Assembly: GCA_029007885.1 (NCBI GenBank)
Contig: JAQXIR010000077.1
Location: 25,693 to 89,692 of the forward strand
Reading direction: 5' to 3'
Origin: Lachnospiraceae bacterium
GTDB lineage: Bacteria > Bacillota > Clostridia > Lachnospirales > Lachnospiraceae
DNA length: 64,000 nt
Every line of letters starts with the position of its first letter. Position 1 is the stretch's first letter. A program made the translations under genes and the position numbers. Below, piece by piece: positions 52,367-61,397 of the stretch. The notes beneath the pieces were generated by a model that was not told the origin of the DNA, searched no databases, and was given only the letters and a program-made list of their open reading frames with translations.

Positions 52367-52379
52367 AAAAACACCTGAC

Positions 52380-53489
52380 TTAACTTACTGTTGTAAAGTT
52401 TACCGGAAGAATCAGATAAATGTAATTATTTTCGTCATCTCTTATAAAGCAGGGAGCTTTTGGATTAACAAGATACATACTGATTTCTTCATCATCAATT
52501 ACGCGCAGAGCATCGATAAGAAATTTAGGATTAAATCCAATCATTAAATCTCTTCCGTTCTTTTCGATATCAATATCTTCATTCATGCTGCCGACTGTAG
52601 AATTAATCTTAAGTTCCATAGAACCATCAATAATATTCATTATAATCGGTTTTTTATCCCCTTCTTTTACAAGAAGAGTTGCTCTGTCAATACAACTTAA
52701 TAATTCCTTTTTATTAATTTTAACCTTTGTTTCATAATCATTACTAAGCATTTGATCAATTTTAAAATATTCACCTTCTATTAATCTGGAAACAACGGTT
52801 GTCTGATCAAATTCAAAAATAACATGTTTATCGGTAAAATAAATATTTACATCATTCTCAGCATCACCTGATAAAATCTTACTGATTTCATTTAATGTTT
52901 TACCCGGAATAACAACTTTATAAGAAGGATACGTATTTTTCATTTTAATTTTTCTGATAGAAATACGATGTCCATCAAGAGAAACTACTTTTAATTCATC
53001 ATCATGAATCTCAAATAATTCTCCTGACATTAATTTATTTGTATCATTATCAGCAATGGAAAATATCGTTTGCCTGATTACTTCTTTTAAAGTAAATTGA
53101 GAAACGATAACAGGATCATTTTTTTCAATAAGAGGAAGATAAGAAAAATCTTCTCCTGATTTTCCGATAATTGTGAATTTTGATTTTTCACAAGTAATAA
53201 TTGTTTTTAAATCTTTATCCGTTTCAATTGTAATATCATTATCGGGAAGTTTGCGGACAATTTCTAAAAAGATTTTTGCATCCAGTGCAACAATACCTTT
53301 TTCTAAAATATCTCCTTCTATGATTGTTTCAATTCCAAGTTCCATATCGTTTGCAGTCAGCTTAATAACTCCTTTAGAAGCATCTAAAAGAATACATTCT
53401 AAAATAGACATTGTTGTTTTGCTGGGAACTGCTTTAGATACAATTTGAACTCCGTTTAATAAATCAGATTTTGAACAAATTAATTTCAT
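52380..53489 (-). CDS. dnaN: DNA polymerase III beta sliding clamp
   Basis: 369 aa with typical DnaN sequence and position. Confidence 0.97.
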   Translation of the reverse strand: MKLICSKSDLLNGVQIVSKAVPSKTTMSILECILLDASKGVIKLTANDMELGIETIIEGDILEKGIVALDAKIFLEIVRKLPDNDITIETDKDLKTIITCEKSKFTIIGKSGEDFSYLPLIEKNDPVIVSQFTLKEVIRQTIFSIADNDTNKLMSGELFEIHDDELKVVSLDGHRISIRKIKMKNTYPSYKVVIPGKTLNEISKILSGDAENDVNIYFTDKHVIFEFDQTTVVSRLIEGEYFKIDQMLSNDYETKVKINKKELLSCIDRATLLVKEGDKKPIIMNIIDGSMELKINSTVGSMNEDIDIEKNGRDLMIGFNPKFLIDALRVIDDEEISMYLVNPKAPCFIRDDENNYIYLILPVNFTTVS

Positions 53490-53490
53490 T

Positions 53491-53686
53491 TGTGTATAAC
53501 TCCCTTCCTGAAAATAAGCAAAGCTGCTTTAATGGTTATTATGAAAGAATTTAATAATCTTAATAATAATAGATGTAGATATGTGGATTTTCCATTATTA
53601 TTAGATTTTTAGGCTAATCATGAAGTTAAAAATAAAGTGGATAAGCCTTTAAAAAGATATGGATAAATCCTTTTTATTGTGGATTA
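53491..53686. other. oriC part 2: DnaA-box cluster and TAA/TAG triplet run in the dnaA-dnaN spacer
   Basis: Boxes, given as the reverse complement of TTATCCACA-like sequence: tgtgtataa 53491-53499, tgtggattt 53582-53590, agtggataa 53636-53644, tatggataa 53658-53666, tgtggatta 53678-53686. The run taataataatagatgtagata (53561-53581) abuts a box. Confidence 0.7.
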
Positions 53687-55044
53687 ATCTTTTTTATAAT
53701 GATATCTATTTTTTCTTTTAGTTCAGAATTTGTCTTCATATCATCATTAATTTTATTAACACCGTGCATAATTGTGGTATGATCTTTTTTACCTAATATT
53801 TTTCCGATACTGATTAAAGAAGTATCTGTTAAATTTCTGCAAAGATACATCACAACCTGTCTTGGAAGAACAAATTCCGAATTTCTTTTTTTGGAAGTAA
53901 TATCTTCCGGAGATACACCAAAATCTTCCGCAACAATGTCTATAATTAATTGCGGTGTAATTTCTCGTTTTTTATCGGGATTAATAATATCTTTTAAGGC
54001 ATCTTCTGCAAGTTCTAATGTTATTTCAGACTGATTGTCAATTTTAGATTTTGCAATGATTCTGTTAAAAGCGCCTTCCAGTTCACGAATATTTGATTTA
54101 ATATTGGTAGCAATGTATTGAAAAATCTGATCATCTACTTTTTTATCGTAATTTTCTGCATTTTTCCTCAATATTGCCATTCTTGTTTCATAATCCGGTG
54201 GTTGAATATCAGCAATAAGTCCCCATTCAAAACGACTTCTGAATCGTTCTTCCAAAGTCTCCATTTCTTTTGGAGGCTTGTCTGAGGATAATACAATCTG
54301 CTTTCCGGCTGTATGAAGAACATTAAATGTATGGAAAAATTCTTCCTGTGTACTTTCTTTACCAATAATGAATTGTACGTCATCGACCATTAAAACATCT
54401 ACTGTTCTGTATTTTTCACGAAGTTTATTCATTGCGGCCGCATTACCGCTTCTGATAGATTCAATAACATCATTAGTAAATGCTTCGGAAGTAACATATA
54501 ATACTTTTGTTTTAGGATTCTGTTCTAAAATAAAATGTCCGATGGAATGCATTAAATGTGTTTTTCCAAGACCGGCTCCTCCATATAAATAAAGAGGATT
54601 ATATGCTTCTCCGGGAGATTCTGCTACCGCAAGTGCTGCAGAATGTGCAAATTTATTATTGCTTCCTACAACAAACGTATCAAATTTATATTTTGAATTC
54701 AGATTTGCATTTTCATAATTTATATTATAAACAGGATTATTGATTTTAGATTGTTTATTTTCGGAGTCAGAAAGTTCTTTTGCATCTTTTTCCAAAATGA
54801 ATTCAATATTATAAGTATGATTCATCATTTCGGAAATCGTAACCTGAAAGTAACTTTTATATTTATTGGAAATATAATTAAGTGCATGTGCCTGGTCGGA
54901 AGGAATCAGAATTTTTACAATATCATCCTTTACCTCATAAAATTTAAGAGGCATAATCCATGTTTCAAAAGAAATTTCTGAAAGTTCATATTCTTTTCGT
55001 AATGTATCTTTAATTTCTTCCCAACTTTCACTGATCGATTTCAT
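53674..55044 (-). CDS. dnaA: chromosomal replication initiator DnaA
   Basis: 456 aa. Walker A GGAGLGKTHL, the AAA+ domain and the C-terminal DNA-binding domain (DHTTIMH). Confidence 0.98.
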   Translation of the reverse strand: MKSISESWEEIKDTLRKEYELSEISFETWIMPLKFYEVKDDIVKILIPSDQAHALNYISNKYKSYFQVTISEMMNHTYNIEFILEKDAKELSDSENKQSKINNPVYNINYENANLNSKYKFDTFVVGSNNKFAHSAALAVAESPGEAYNPLYLYGGAGLGKTHLMHSIGHFILEQNPKTKVLYVTSEAFTNDVIESIRSGNAAAMNKLREKYRTVDVLMVDDVQFIIGKESTQEEFFHTFNVLHTAGKQIVLSSDKPPKEMETLEERFRSRFEWGLIADIQPPDYETRMAILRKNAENYDKKVDDQIFQYIATNIKSNIRELEGAFNRIIAKSKIDNQSEITLELAEDALKDIINPDKKREITPQLIIDIVAEDFGVSPEDITSKKRNSEFVLPRQVVMYLCRNLTDTSLISIGKILGKKDHTTIMHGVNKINDDMKTNSELKEKIDIIIKKINPQ

Positions 55045-55093
55045 TCTTTTAACCTTACCTTATAAAAATAAAACTACGTACATAATCTATTTT

Positions 55094-55122
55094 ATTTTAC
55101 TCTATATTAAGTAAAATTTCAA
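55094..55122 (-). promoter_or_regulatory. candidate dnaA core promoter retained between dnaA and the IS
   Basis: On the minus strand: TTGAAA-N17-TAAAAT. The -35 lies 8 nt from the target-site duplication. The region is AT-rich, so a chance match is possible. Confidence 0.4.
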
Positions 55123-55130
55123 ATGTTATT

Positions 55131-55139
55131 ACAATTCAT
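55131..55139. repeat. target-site duplication (left), ACAATTCAT
   Basis: An identical 9-mer lies directly outside both IS ends. Confidence 0.85.
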
Positions 55140-56803
55140 GATTGCGTAAATTTACTGTAGGAAAATAAAAGACAGACTACACCTGAGATGTGTTTCAGAC
55201 CTGGTTCACTGTCTTTACTATATCAATTTTTCTGCTTTTTACAATCCCCAAATATGATTCTTTAGTGCCGCCATCTTCTTTATCTGTGGATAGGGAATGC
55301 TGTAAACCGGCACATCTGCCAATGCTCCAAGAGTTTCCCGGTTCTTCCTTTCTGCTAAAAACATTTGATTACTGCTATATATTACTTCTTCACAGCCTGC
55401 CGCTAATGGTAGTTCTTCCTTCTGAAAACGCACCAATTCCAACATGTTTCCTCCATTCTTTTCATATATCCGCAGCCGCGACATTTTATCTACTCCGATT
55501 CGGCTCCATCCTAATGGTCTGGAGCTCATCCTATCTGCAAACACATGGCTGATATGACCTTCTGCACTACATTGTACTTCTTTGTTCTTATCTCGCACAC
55601 ACTGCATAATTCCGGCCCAGTTTCCCAATATATATGCCTTTGCAGCTTCCACTGTCTTACGCTTGCTTTCTGTTTCGGTTACGGAAAGTATCTTTTCAAA
55701 GACTTCTTCTGCCTTGTATTTTTTCTTTTCATAGATTGACCTGTAGATTTCGCTTCTTGCATCCTCCATACTGTCCAGCAAGTGAGATGTGGCTCCTATG
55801 ATATATTTATGCATATGAAAACGGTCAAGCACAAACTTCGCCTTGTCAAGGATTTTCTGACCACTCTTAATCCATGCCGCTCCGTCTCCATTGATATATA
55901 TTTTTACCAATTCCTCTGTATCATAAGAGGATTCAATATATTCCGCTACTTCCTCCCACAACTGTTCTATGCCTTTACCACCCTCATATACTCCACCAAA
56001 GTGCTTTTTGTTTATCAGCTCATTACGACCGCTCTCATTGGTGATTCCTTCATACACATAGATTAATTTCGGCATAATGGTATTTGTCCGTGGTTTCTTA
56101 ATATCACCCTTTTTGTTGATATACTGTAACGATACGTGGTCTTCATCTGCGTCAATATAAAGGTATTTTAACGCTTTCTTCTCCATCTGTGGCTCCACTC
56201 TCGGAAATTTTAGGGGATGAATCTTATTCATAACAGTTTCCTTGCTCACCACATCATTAGAAATGGACGCACTTTCCCCTCCTTTACGGTAACTGGTCTG
56301 TACAGCTTCTTCCAGTAGTTTTGCTTCCGCATCTTCTGTCATTCGGGCATGTTTTTCTATCCCCATGATACGATCCAAAAGATATTCATGTTCACCGGTG
56401 AACTTGTTTCTAAATAAGGTTTTGTGATACGTTACGCTTCCAAGACTGGTAAGCAGAGTAGTTTCATCCCTTCTTACGATATACCATCCCGGTCGTAGTT
56501 CTTTCCTACTACGCAGCATCTCATCATAGTTTTCCCATTCCTCTGCAATGATGGAGAGACCAAGGTCGACCACACCTTTCGTTACTCCCTGTACCATTTC
56601 AGCTATCTTCGTCATATCGGCAGAATAATCCACCATAACTTTTTCTACATTTTTTACCCCGTTCTGGCAAAAGTGTTGTATACTGTTAATCATAGAAAGC
56701 ACCTTCCTTTGTATGGATTTTGTCTAGTCAACTCAATCTTAACACAAAGTTGGTGCTTTCTTCTTTTGTCTATTTATTTTTCCTACAAAAACTTTACGCT
56801 AGC
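55140..56803 (-). mobile_element. ISLre2-family-like insertion sequence (1664 bp)
   Basis: A single transposase ORF flanked by imperfect terminal inverted repeats: GATTGCGTAAATTTACTGTAGGAAAATAAA against the reverse complement GCTAGCGTAAAGTTTTTGTAGGAAAAATAAA, about 21 of 26 matches. Perfect 9-bp direct repeats lie outside the ends. Confidence 0.85.
55239..56702 (-). CDS. DDE transposase, ISLre2/UPF0236-like
   Basis: 487 aa. The N-terminal region (WYIVRRDETTLLTSLGSVTYHKTLFRNKFTGEHEYLLDRIMGIEKHARMT) and candidate catalytic residues (YIDADEDHV, INGDGAAWIK, SAEGHISH) fit this family as I remember it. Confidence 0.8.
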   Translation of the reverse strand: MLSMINSIQHFCQNGVKNVEKVMVDYSADMTKIAEMVQGVTKGVVDLGLSIIAEEWENYDEMLRSRKELRPGWYIVRRDETTLLTSLGSVTYHKTLFRNKFTGEHEYLLDRIMGIEKHARMTEDAEAKLLEEAVQTSYRKGGESASISNDVVSKETVMNKIHPLKFPRVEPQMEKKALKYLYIDADEDHVSLQYINKKGDIKKPRTNTIMPKLIYVYEGITNESGRNELINKKHFGGVYEGGKGIEQLWEEVAEYIESSYDTEELVKIYINGDGAAWIKSGQKILDKAKFVLDRFHMHKYIIGATSHLLDSMEDARSEIYRSIYEKKKYKAEEVFEKILSVTETESKRKTVEAAKAYILGNWAGIMQCVRDKNKEVQCSAEGHISHVFADRMSSRPLGWSRIGVDKMSRLRIYEKNGGNMLELVRFQKEELPLAAGCEEVIYSSNQMFLAERKNRETLGALADVPVYSIPYPQIKKMAALKNHIWGL

Positions 56804-56812
56804 ACAATTCAT
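56804..56812. repeat. target-site duplication (right), ACAATTCAT
   Basis: Identical to 55131-55139. Confidence 0.85.
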
Positions 56813-56848
56813 AATTTATGTAAATTAAAAAAAAGTGAAAAATTATTT

Positions 56849-57012
56849 TGTGGACATAATTTAGAAATTGTGGATAATTTATTTTTTTTATAAACATAAA
56901 AAAATACTCTGTTTATCTTTGATTTTTTTAAATAATATCAAAAAAACGAAAGTTATACACAACTTATACACATATTGTGGATATAATTATGTAAATTTAT
57001 TATTTATACACA
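56849..57012. other. oriC part 1: DnaA-box cluster upstream of dnaA in a very AT-rich spacer
   Basis: tgtggacat 56849-56857; tgtggataa 56869-56877, which is a perfect TTATCCACA on the minus strand; ttatacaca 56953-56961, 56964-56972 and 57004-57012; tgtggatat 56976-56984. Confidence 0.8.
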
Positions 57013-57129
57013 TAATGTTGAAAATCTATATCTTGTAGTGGAAAAGTAATTCATATAACAAAATATAGAAGCAAAAAAATTGAATAAAAAAAACACAATT
57101 TTTCTGTTAGATAAAATAGAGATATTTAC

Positions 57130-57158
57130 TTGACGTATCAAAATTCTTCTAATATAAT
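57130..57158 (+). promoter_or_regulatory. rpmH promoter
   Basis: TTGACG-N17-TATAAT, about 100 nt upstream of rpmH. Confidence 0.6.
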
Positions 57159-57258
57159 TGTAACGATTATTTTTATGTCATATTGAACGTACCGATATGC
57201 TAAAAGAAAAAACTACCTTATTATATATAGGTATTCTGAAGAAGGAGGTGCATCCCGT

Positions 57259-57393
57259 ATGAAAATGACATTTCAGCCTAAAAAGAGACAGAGATCTAAA
57301 GTTCATGGTTTTCGTTCCAGAATGAGTACTCCGGGCGGAAGAAAAGTATTAAAAGCCAGAAGAGCTAAAGGAAGAAAAAAATTATCAGCTTAG
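57259..57393 (+). CDS. rpmH: 50S ribosomal protein L34
   Basis: Absent from the ORF track because it is under 60 aa. Translation is [56 protein letters not shown] lies 8 nt upstream. Confidence 0.97.
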   Translation: MKMTFQPKKRQRSKVHGFRSRMSTPGGRKVLKARRAKGRKKLSA

Positions 57394-57417
57394 GCCGCAG
57401 TTTTGTGGCCTTTTTTT
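57393..57417 (+). terminator. hairpin plus T7 run between rpmH and rnpA, a partial terminator
   Basis: 7-bp stem ggccgca/tgtggcc (one G-U pair) with a 4-nt loop, then ttttttt. Confidence 0.6.
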
Positions 57418-57465
57418 CTCTGAATTTGTAAAGCTATAGAATAAGAAATATAGTGGAGTAATTTT

Positions 57466-57807
57466 ATGGAATTTTCAGAGTCATTAAAAAAAAATACAGA
57501 TTTTAAAACGGTTTATAAAAATGGTATATCGTACGCAAATAAATATCTTGTGATGTATGTTTTTAAAAATAATCAGAATAAAAACCGTCTTGGAATTTCT
57601 GTAAGCAAAAAAGTCGGAAACAGTGTTGTAAGACATCATTTAACAAGACTGATCCGCGAAAGTTACAGACTACATGAAAAAGTATTCAATAGTGGTTTGG
57701 ATATTGTAGTCGTTGCAAGAAAAAGCGCGAAAGATTGTAATTATTTTGAAATTGAAAGTGCTTTATTACATCTTGGGAAACTTCATAACATTTTAAATAA
57801 AGAATGA
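57466..57807 (+). CDS. rnpA: ribonuclease P protein component
   Basis: 113 aa, basic, with the conserved [17 protein letters not shown] (RNR-like) motif, after rpmH. Confidence 0.95.
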   Translation: MEFSESLKKNTDFKTVYKNGISYANKYLVMYVFKNNQNKNRLGISVSKKVGNSVVRHHLTRLIRESYRLHEKVFNSGLDIVVVARKSAKDCNYFEIESALLHLGKLHNILNKE

Positions 57808-57830
57808 GATGGGGTTATTTAGAATTGAAT

Positions 57831-58040
57831 ATGAAGAAAATCATTATTTTTATGATAAAATTTTATCAAAAATATATTTCTCCTATGAAGCATACAAAAT
57901 GTCCTTATATTCCTTCCTGTTCTCAATATGGATTGGAAGCTGTGGAAAAATATGGAGCATTTAAAGGAAGTCTTCTTGCAATATGGAGAATAATACGATG
58001 TAATCCTTTTTCAAAGGGAGGATATGATCCTGTCCCTTAA
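57831..58040 (+). CDS. yidD: membrane protein insertion efficiency factor YidD
   Basis: YQKYISP...[14 protein letters not shown]...G...[14 protein letters not shown] is the canonical YidD sequence. An internal ATG is used as the start. Confidence 0.93.
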   Translation: MKKIIIFMIKFYQKYISPMKHTKCPYIPSCSQYGLEAVEKYGAFKGSLLAIWRIIRCNPFSKGGYDPVP

Positions 58041-58062
58041 TTAAAAAGCGGAGGAAAAAAAT

Positions 58063-59286
58063 TTGTCAGGTATTTTATTAACACAAAATTCTACCTTTAT
58101 TATAGGACCGGTTGCAAAATTACTTGGCTATATTATGGAAGGAATCTTTTTTGTTTTAGATAAGATTGGAATTCCTAATATCGGTCTTTCTATAATTCTT
58201 TTTACAATTGTTATGTACATGCTGTTGCTTCCTCTTACAATAAAGCAGCAGAAATTTTCAAAACTTTCAGCCAAAATGAATCCTGAATTACAGGCAATTC
58301 AGGCAAAATACAAAAACAAAAAAGACAATGATTCCATGATGGCAATGAATCAGGAGACACAGGAAGTATATGCAAAATATGGTGTATCTCCTACAGGAAG
58401 TTGTTTACAGTTGATTATTCAGATGCCGATTCTTTTTGCGTTGTATAGAGTAATTTATGCAATTCCTGCTTATGTCGGAAAAGTAAAAGATGCTTTTTTC
58501 CCTTTGGTGGACAATTTAATTGCACAAGCCGGAAGTTCTGAATTTATTCAGTCTTTTACAAATTCATCGATGTTTGCAAAACAGTTTAAGAATGAATTAT
58601 TCATAAACGGTAATACAGAATATGTACAGAATACATTTATCGATTGTTTAAACAGAGCATCTACCGGAGATTGGGCTGCTTTATCGGAAAAATTTCCGAA
58701 TCTTGCAGACGATATTAATAATACGCTTGTTAAGTTAAATGAATATAATAATTTCTTAGGACTTAATATGGCAAATTCACCATCTTTTACGGTAAAAGAT
58801 GCAATGTCAAACGGTAGCTGGTTACTCGTAATCGGAGCAATTATGATTCCGGTATTGGCTGCCTTAACACAGTGGATTAATACAAAATTAATGCCACAGG
58901 CTGATACGGGAGATTCTAATAATACAATGGCACAATCCATGAAGACAATGAATCTTATGATGCCTCTTATGTCTGCATTTTTCTGCTATACACTTCCTGC
59001 AGGTATGGGACTTTACTGGATTGCCGGTGCTGTTGTAAGAAGTATCCAGCAGGTTGTTATCAATAAACATATCGATAAAATTGATATGGATGCATTGATT
59101 AAGAAAAATGTTGAAAAACAGAAAAAGAAAATGGAAAAAGCAGGAATTGATCCAAATACATTAAATAATTATGCGTCCATGAAAACAAGAAATGTCAATA
59201 ACTCATCAAGTACAAATGCAAAGCCGGGAAGTATTGCTTCGAAAGCCAATATGGTAAAACAGTATAATGAAAAAAATAATAAATAG
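58063..59286 (+). CDS. yidC: membrane protein insertase YidC/SpoIIIJ
   Basis: YidC core (LPLTIKQQKFSKLSAKMNPELQAIQAKYK, PAGMGLYW) with an inserted region and a basic C-tail. TTG start after GGAGG. Confidence 0.93.
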   Translation: MSGILLTQNSTFIIGPVAKLLGYIMEGIFFVLDKIGIPNIGLSIILFTIVMYMLLLPLTIKQQKFSKLSAKMNPELQAIQAKYKNKKDNDSMMAMNQETQEVYAKYGVSPTGSCLQLIIQMPILFALYRVIYAIPAYVGKVKDAFFPLVDNLIAQAGSSEFIQSFTNSSMFAKQFKNELFINGNTEYVQNTFIDCLNRASTGDWAALSEKFPNLADDINNTLVKLNEYNNFLGLNMANSPSFTVKDAMSNGSWLLVIGAIMIPVLAALTQWINTKLMPQADTGDSNNTMAQSMKTMNLMMPLMSAFFCYTLPAGMGLYWIAGAVVRSIQQVVINKHIDKIDMDALIKKNVEKQKKKMEKAGIDPNTLNNYASMKTRNVNNSSSTNAKPGSIASKANMVKQYNEKNNK

Positions 59287-59301
59287 TGGGAGGGTTTTAA
59301 A

Positions 59302-59925
59302 ATGGATTATCAGAAATTCAGTGCTAAAACAGTAGATGATGCAATTACGGAAGCATGTAAAACATTATCTGTTACAAGTGATAAATTAGATTATGTCGTA
59401 ATTGAAGAAGGATCCTCAGGATTTTTGGGAATCGGTTCAAAAGATGCAGTTATCAATGCAAAAGTAAAATCTTCCATAAAAGATAAAGCAAAAATCTTTT
59501 TAGATGATGTTTTTTCTGCAATGAACATGAATGTCGTAATTGATGCTTCTTATAATGAAGAAGAAAAAGAATTAAGCATTGATTTAAGTGGGGATGACAT
59601 GGGTGTTTTAATCGGTAAAAGAGGCCAGACCCTTGATTCTTTACAGTATCTTGTATCTTTGGTAGTGAATAAAGAAACAGATGATTATATCAGAGTAAAA
59701 GTTGATACGGAAAATTACCGTAAAAGAAGACAGGATACATTGGAAAATCTTGCAAAGAATATTGCATTTAAAGTAAAGAGAACAAAACGTGCCGTTTCTT
59801 TAGAGCCAATGAATCCGTATGAAAGAAGAGTTATTCATTCTTCATTACAGAATGACAAATTTGTAACAACACACAGCGAAGGAGAAGAACCTTACAGACA
59901 TGTTGTTGTAACAATGAAACGATAG
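59302..59925 (+). CDS. jag: RNA-binding protein Jag/KhpB (Jag_N, KH and R3H domains)
   Basis: KH GxxG motif (LIGKRGQTLDSLQYL) and R3H (ERRVIHSSLQ), in the conserved position after yidC. Confidence 0.93.
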   Translation: MDYQKFSAKTVDDAITEACKTLSVTSDKLDYVVIEEGSSGFLGIGSKDAVINAKVKSSIKDKAKIFLDDVFSAMNMNVVIDASYNEEEKELSIDLSGDDMGVLIGKRGQTLDSLQYLVSLVVNKETDDYIRVKVDTENYRKRRQDTLENLAKNIAFKVKRTKRAVSLEPMNPYERRVIHSSLQNDKFVTTHSEGEEPYRHVVVTMKR

Positions 59926-59975
59926 GTTGAAAGGGGCTGCAAAAGCAGTCCCTTTTCTTAGCAGGGATTTTAGTT

Positions 59976-61376
59976 ATGATAAAAACGGAAACAATTGCTG
60001 CAATCGCTACTTCATTAAGTGATTCCGGAATTTCAATAATCAGAATCAGCGGAGAAGATGCTGTTGCAATTTCAGATAGAGTTTTTCAATCAAAATCAGG
60101 AAAGAAAATATCAGAATTCAAATCACATACCATTCATTATGGACATATCATTCATCAAAATGAAATTGTTGACGAAGTTATGGTATCTTTTATGAAATCA
60201 CCAAATTCTTATACAACAGAAGATACCGTAGAAATTAATTGTCATGGTGGTGTTTTCATTACAAAAAAAGTGTTGCACCTGATTTTACAAAATGGTGCAA
60301 GACTTGCTATGCCCGGAGAATTTACAAAAAGAGCTTTTTTAAACGGAAGAATCGATTTATCAAAAGCAGAAGCAATTATGGACATTATTCATGCGGATAA
60401 TGAATTTGCTCTGCAGATTGGAATAAAACAATTAAAAGGTTCTGTTTCAAACAAAGTAAAAGACCTTCGTGATAAACTGATTTTTGAAATTGCGTTTATA
60501 GAATCTGCTCTTGATGATCCGGAACATATATCACTTGATGGATATTCGAATTCTTTAAAAGAAAAGCTTCTGGAAATTTTAAAAGAACTTCATAAAATCG
60601 AAGAAACTGCAGAAAACGGAAAAATAATGAAGCAGGGAATTCGAACAGTAATTGTAGGAAAACCGAATGCCGGAAAATCTTCCTTTTTAAATCTTTTGGT
60701 TGGTGAAGAAAAGGCAATTGTTACGGATATTGCAGGAACAACAAGAGATGCGTTGGAAGAATATATAAAAATTGGTGAAATCGGATTTCATGTAATTGAT
60801 ACTGCCGGAATTCGTAAAACAAAAGATGAAGTAGAAAAAATAGGTGTATCAAAGGCAGTAAAGTTTGCATCGGATGCAGATTTAATTTTATATGTAGTAG
60901 ATTCTTCCGTTCCTTTGGATGAAAACGACATGGAAATTATCGATATGACAGTCGGTAAAAAGATGATTATTCTGTTTAACAAATCCGATCTTGATACAGT
61001 CCTTGATGAAAAGGAAGTAGAAAATCTTTTGATACAAAAAAATCATCAAAAAGAAGATTTTCGATTTATAAAAATTTCGGCAAAAGAAAAAGAAGGTCTG
61101 GATGTTTTTGAAAAGACTGTAAAAGATATGTTTTTCCATGGTGAGATTTCCATACAGGATGAAGTAATGATAACAAATATCAGGCAGCAGGAAGCCATAA
61201 TGGATACGATTGCAAGTTTACAATTTGTTTTAAAGAGTATTGAAGATAATATGCCGGAAGATTTTTTAACAATTGATCTTATGAGTGCTTATGAATCACT
61301 TGGAAAAATCATTGGAGAAGAAATTGGAGAAGATCTTGTTAATGAGATTTTTTCAAAATTTTGTATGGGTAAATAG
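59976..61376 (+). CDS. mnmE: tRNA modification GTPase MnmE
   Basis: G-domain motifs GKPNAGKSS and DTAG, and the C-terminal FCMGK. Confidence 0.97.
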   Translation: MIKTETIAAIATSLSDSGISIIRISGEDAVAISDRVFQSKSGKKISEFKSHTIHYGHIIHQNEIVDEVMVSFMKSPNSYTTEDTVEINCHGGVFITKKVLHLILQNGARLAMPGEFTKRAFLNGRIDLSKAEAIMDIIHADNEFALQIGIKQLKGSVSNKVKDLRDKLIFEIAFIESALDDPEHISLDGYSNSLKEKLLEILKELHKIEETAENGKIMKQGIRTVIVGKPNAGKSSFLNLLVGEEKAIVTDIAGTTRDALEEYIKIGEIGFHVIDTAGIRKTKDEVEKIGVSKAVKFASDADLILYVVDSSVPLDENDMEIIDMTVGKKMIILFNKSDLDTVLDEKEVENLLIQKNHQKEDFRFIKISAKEKEGLDVFEKTVKDMFFHGEISIQDEVMITNIRQQEAIMDTIASLQFVLKSIEDNMPEDFLTIDLMSAYESLGKIIGEEIGEDLVNEIFSKFCMGK

Positions 61377-61397
61377 TTTTATTGTGCGAGGCTTAAG

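Noticed and set aside
55190-55552. 120-aa plus-strand ORF inside the IS element
   Set aside because: It is antisense to the transposase 3' end, has no RBS and has a low-complexity hydrophobic composition.
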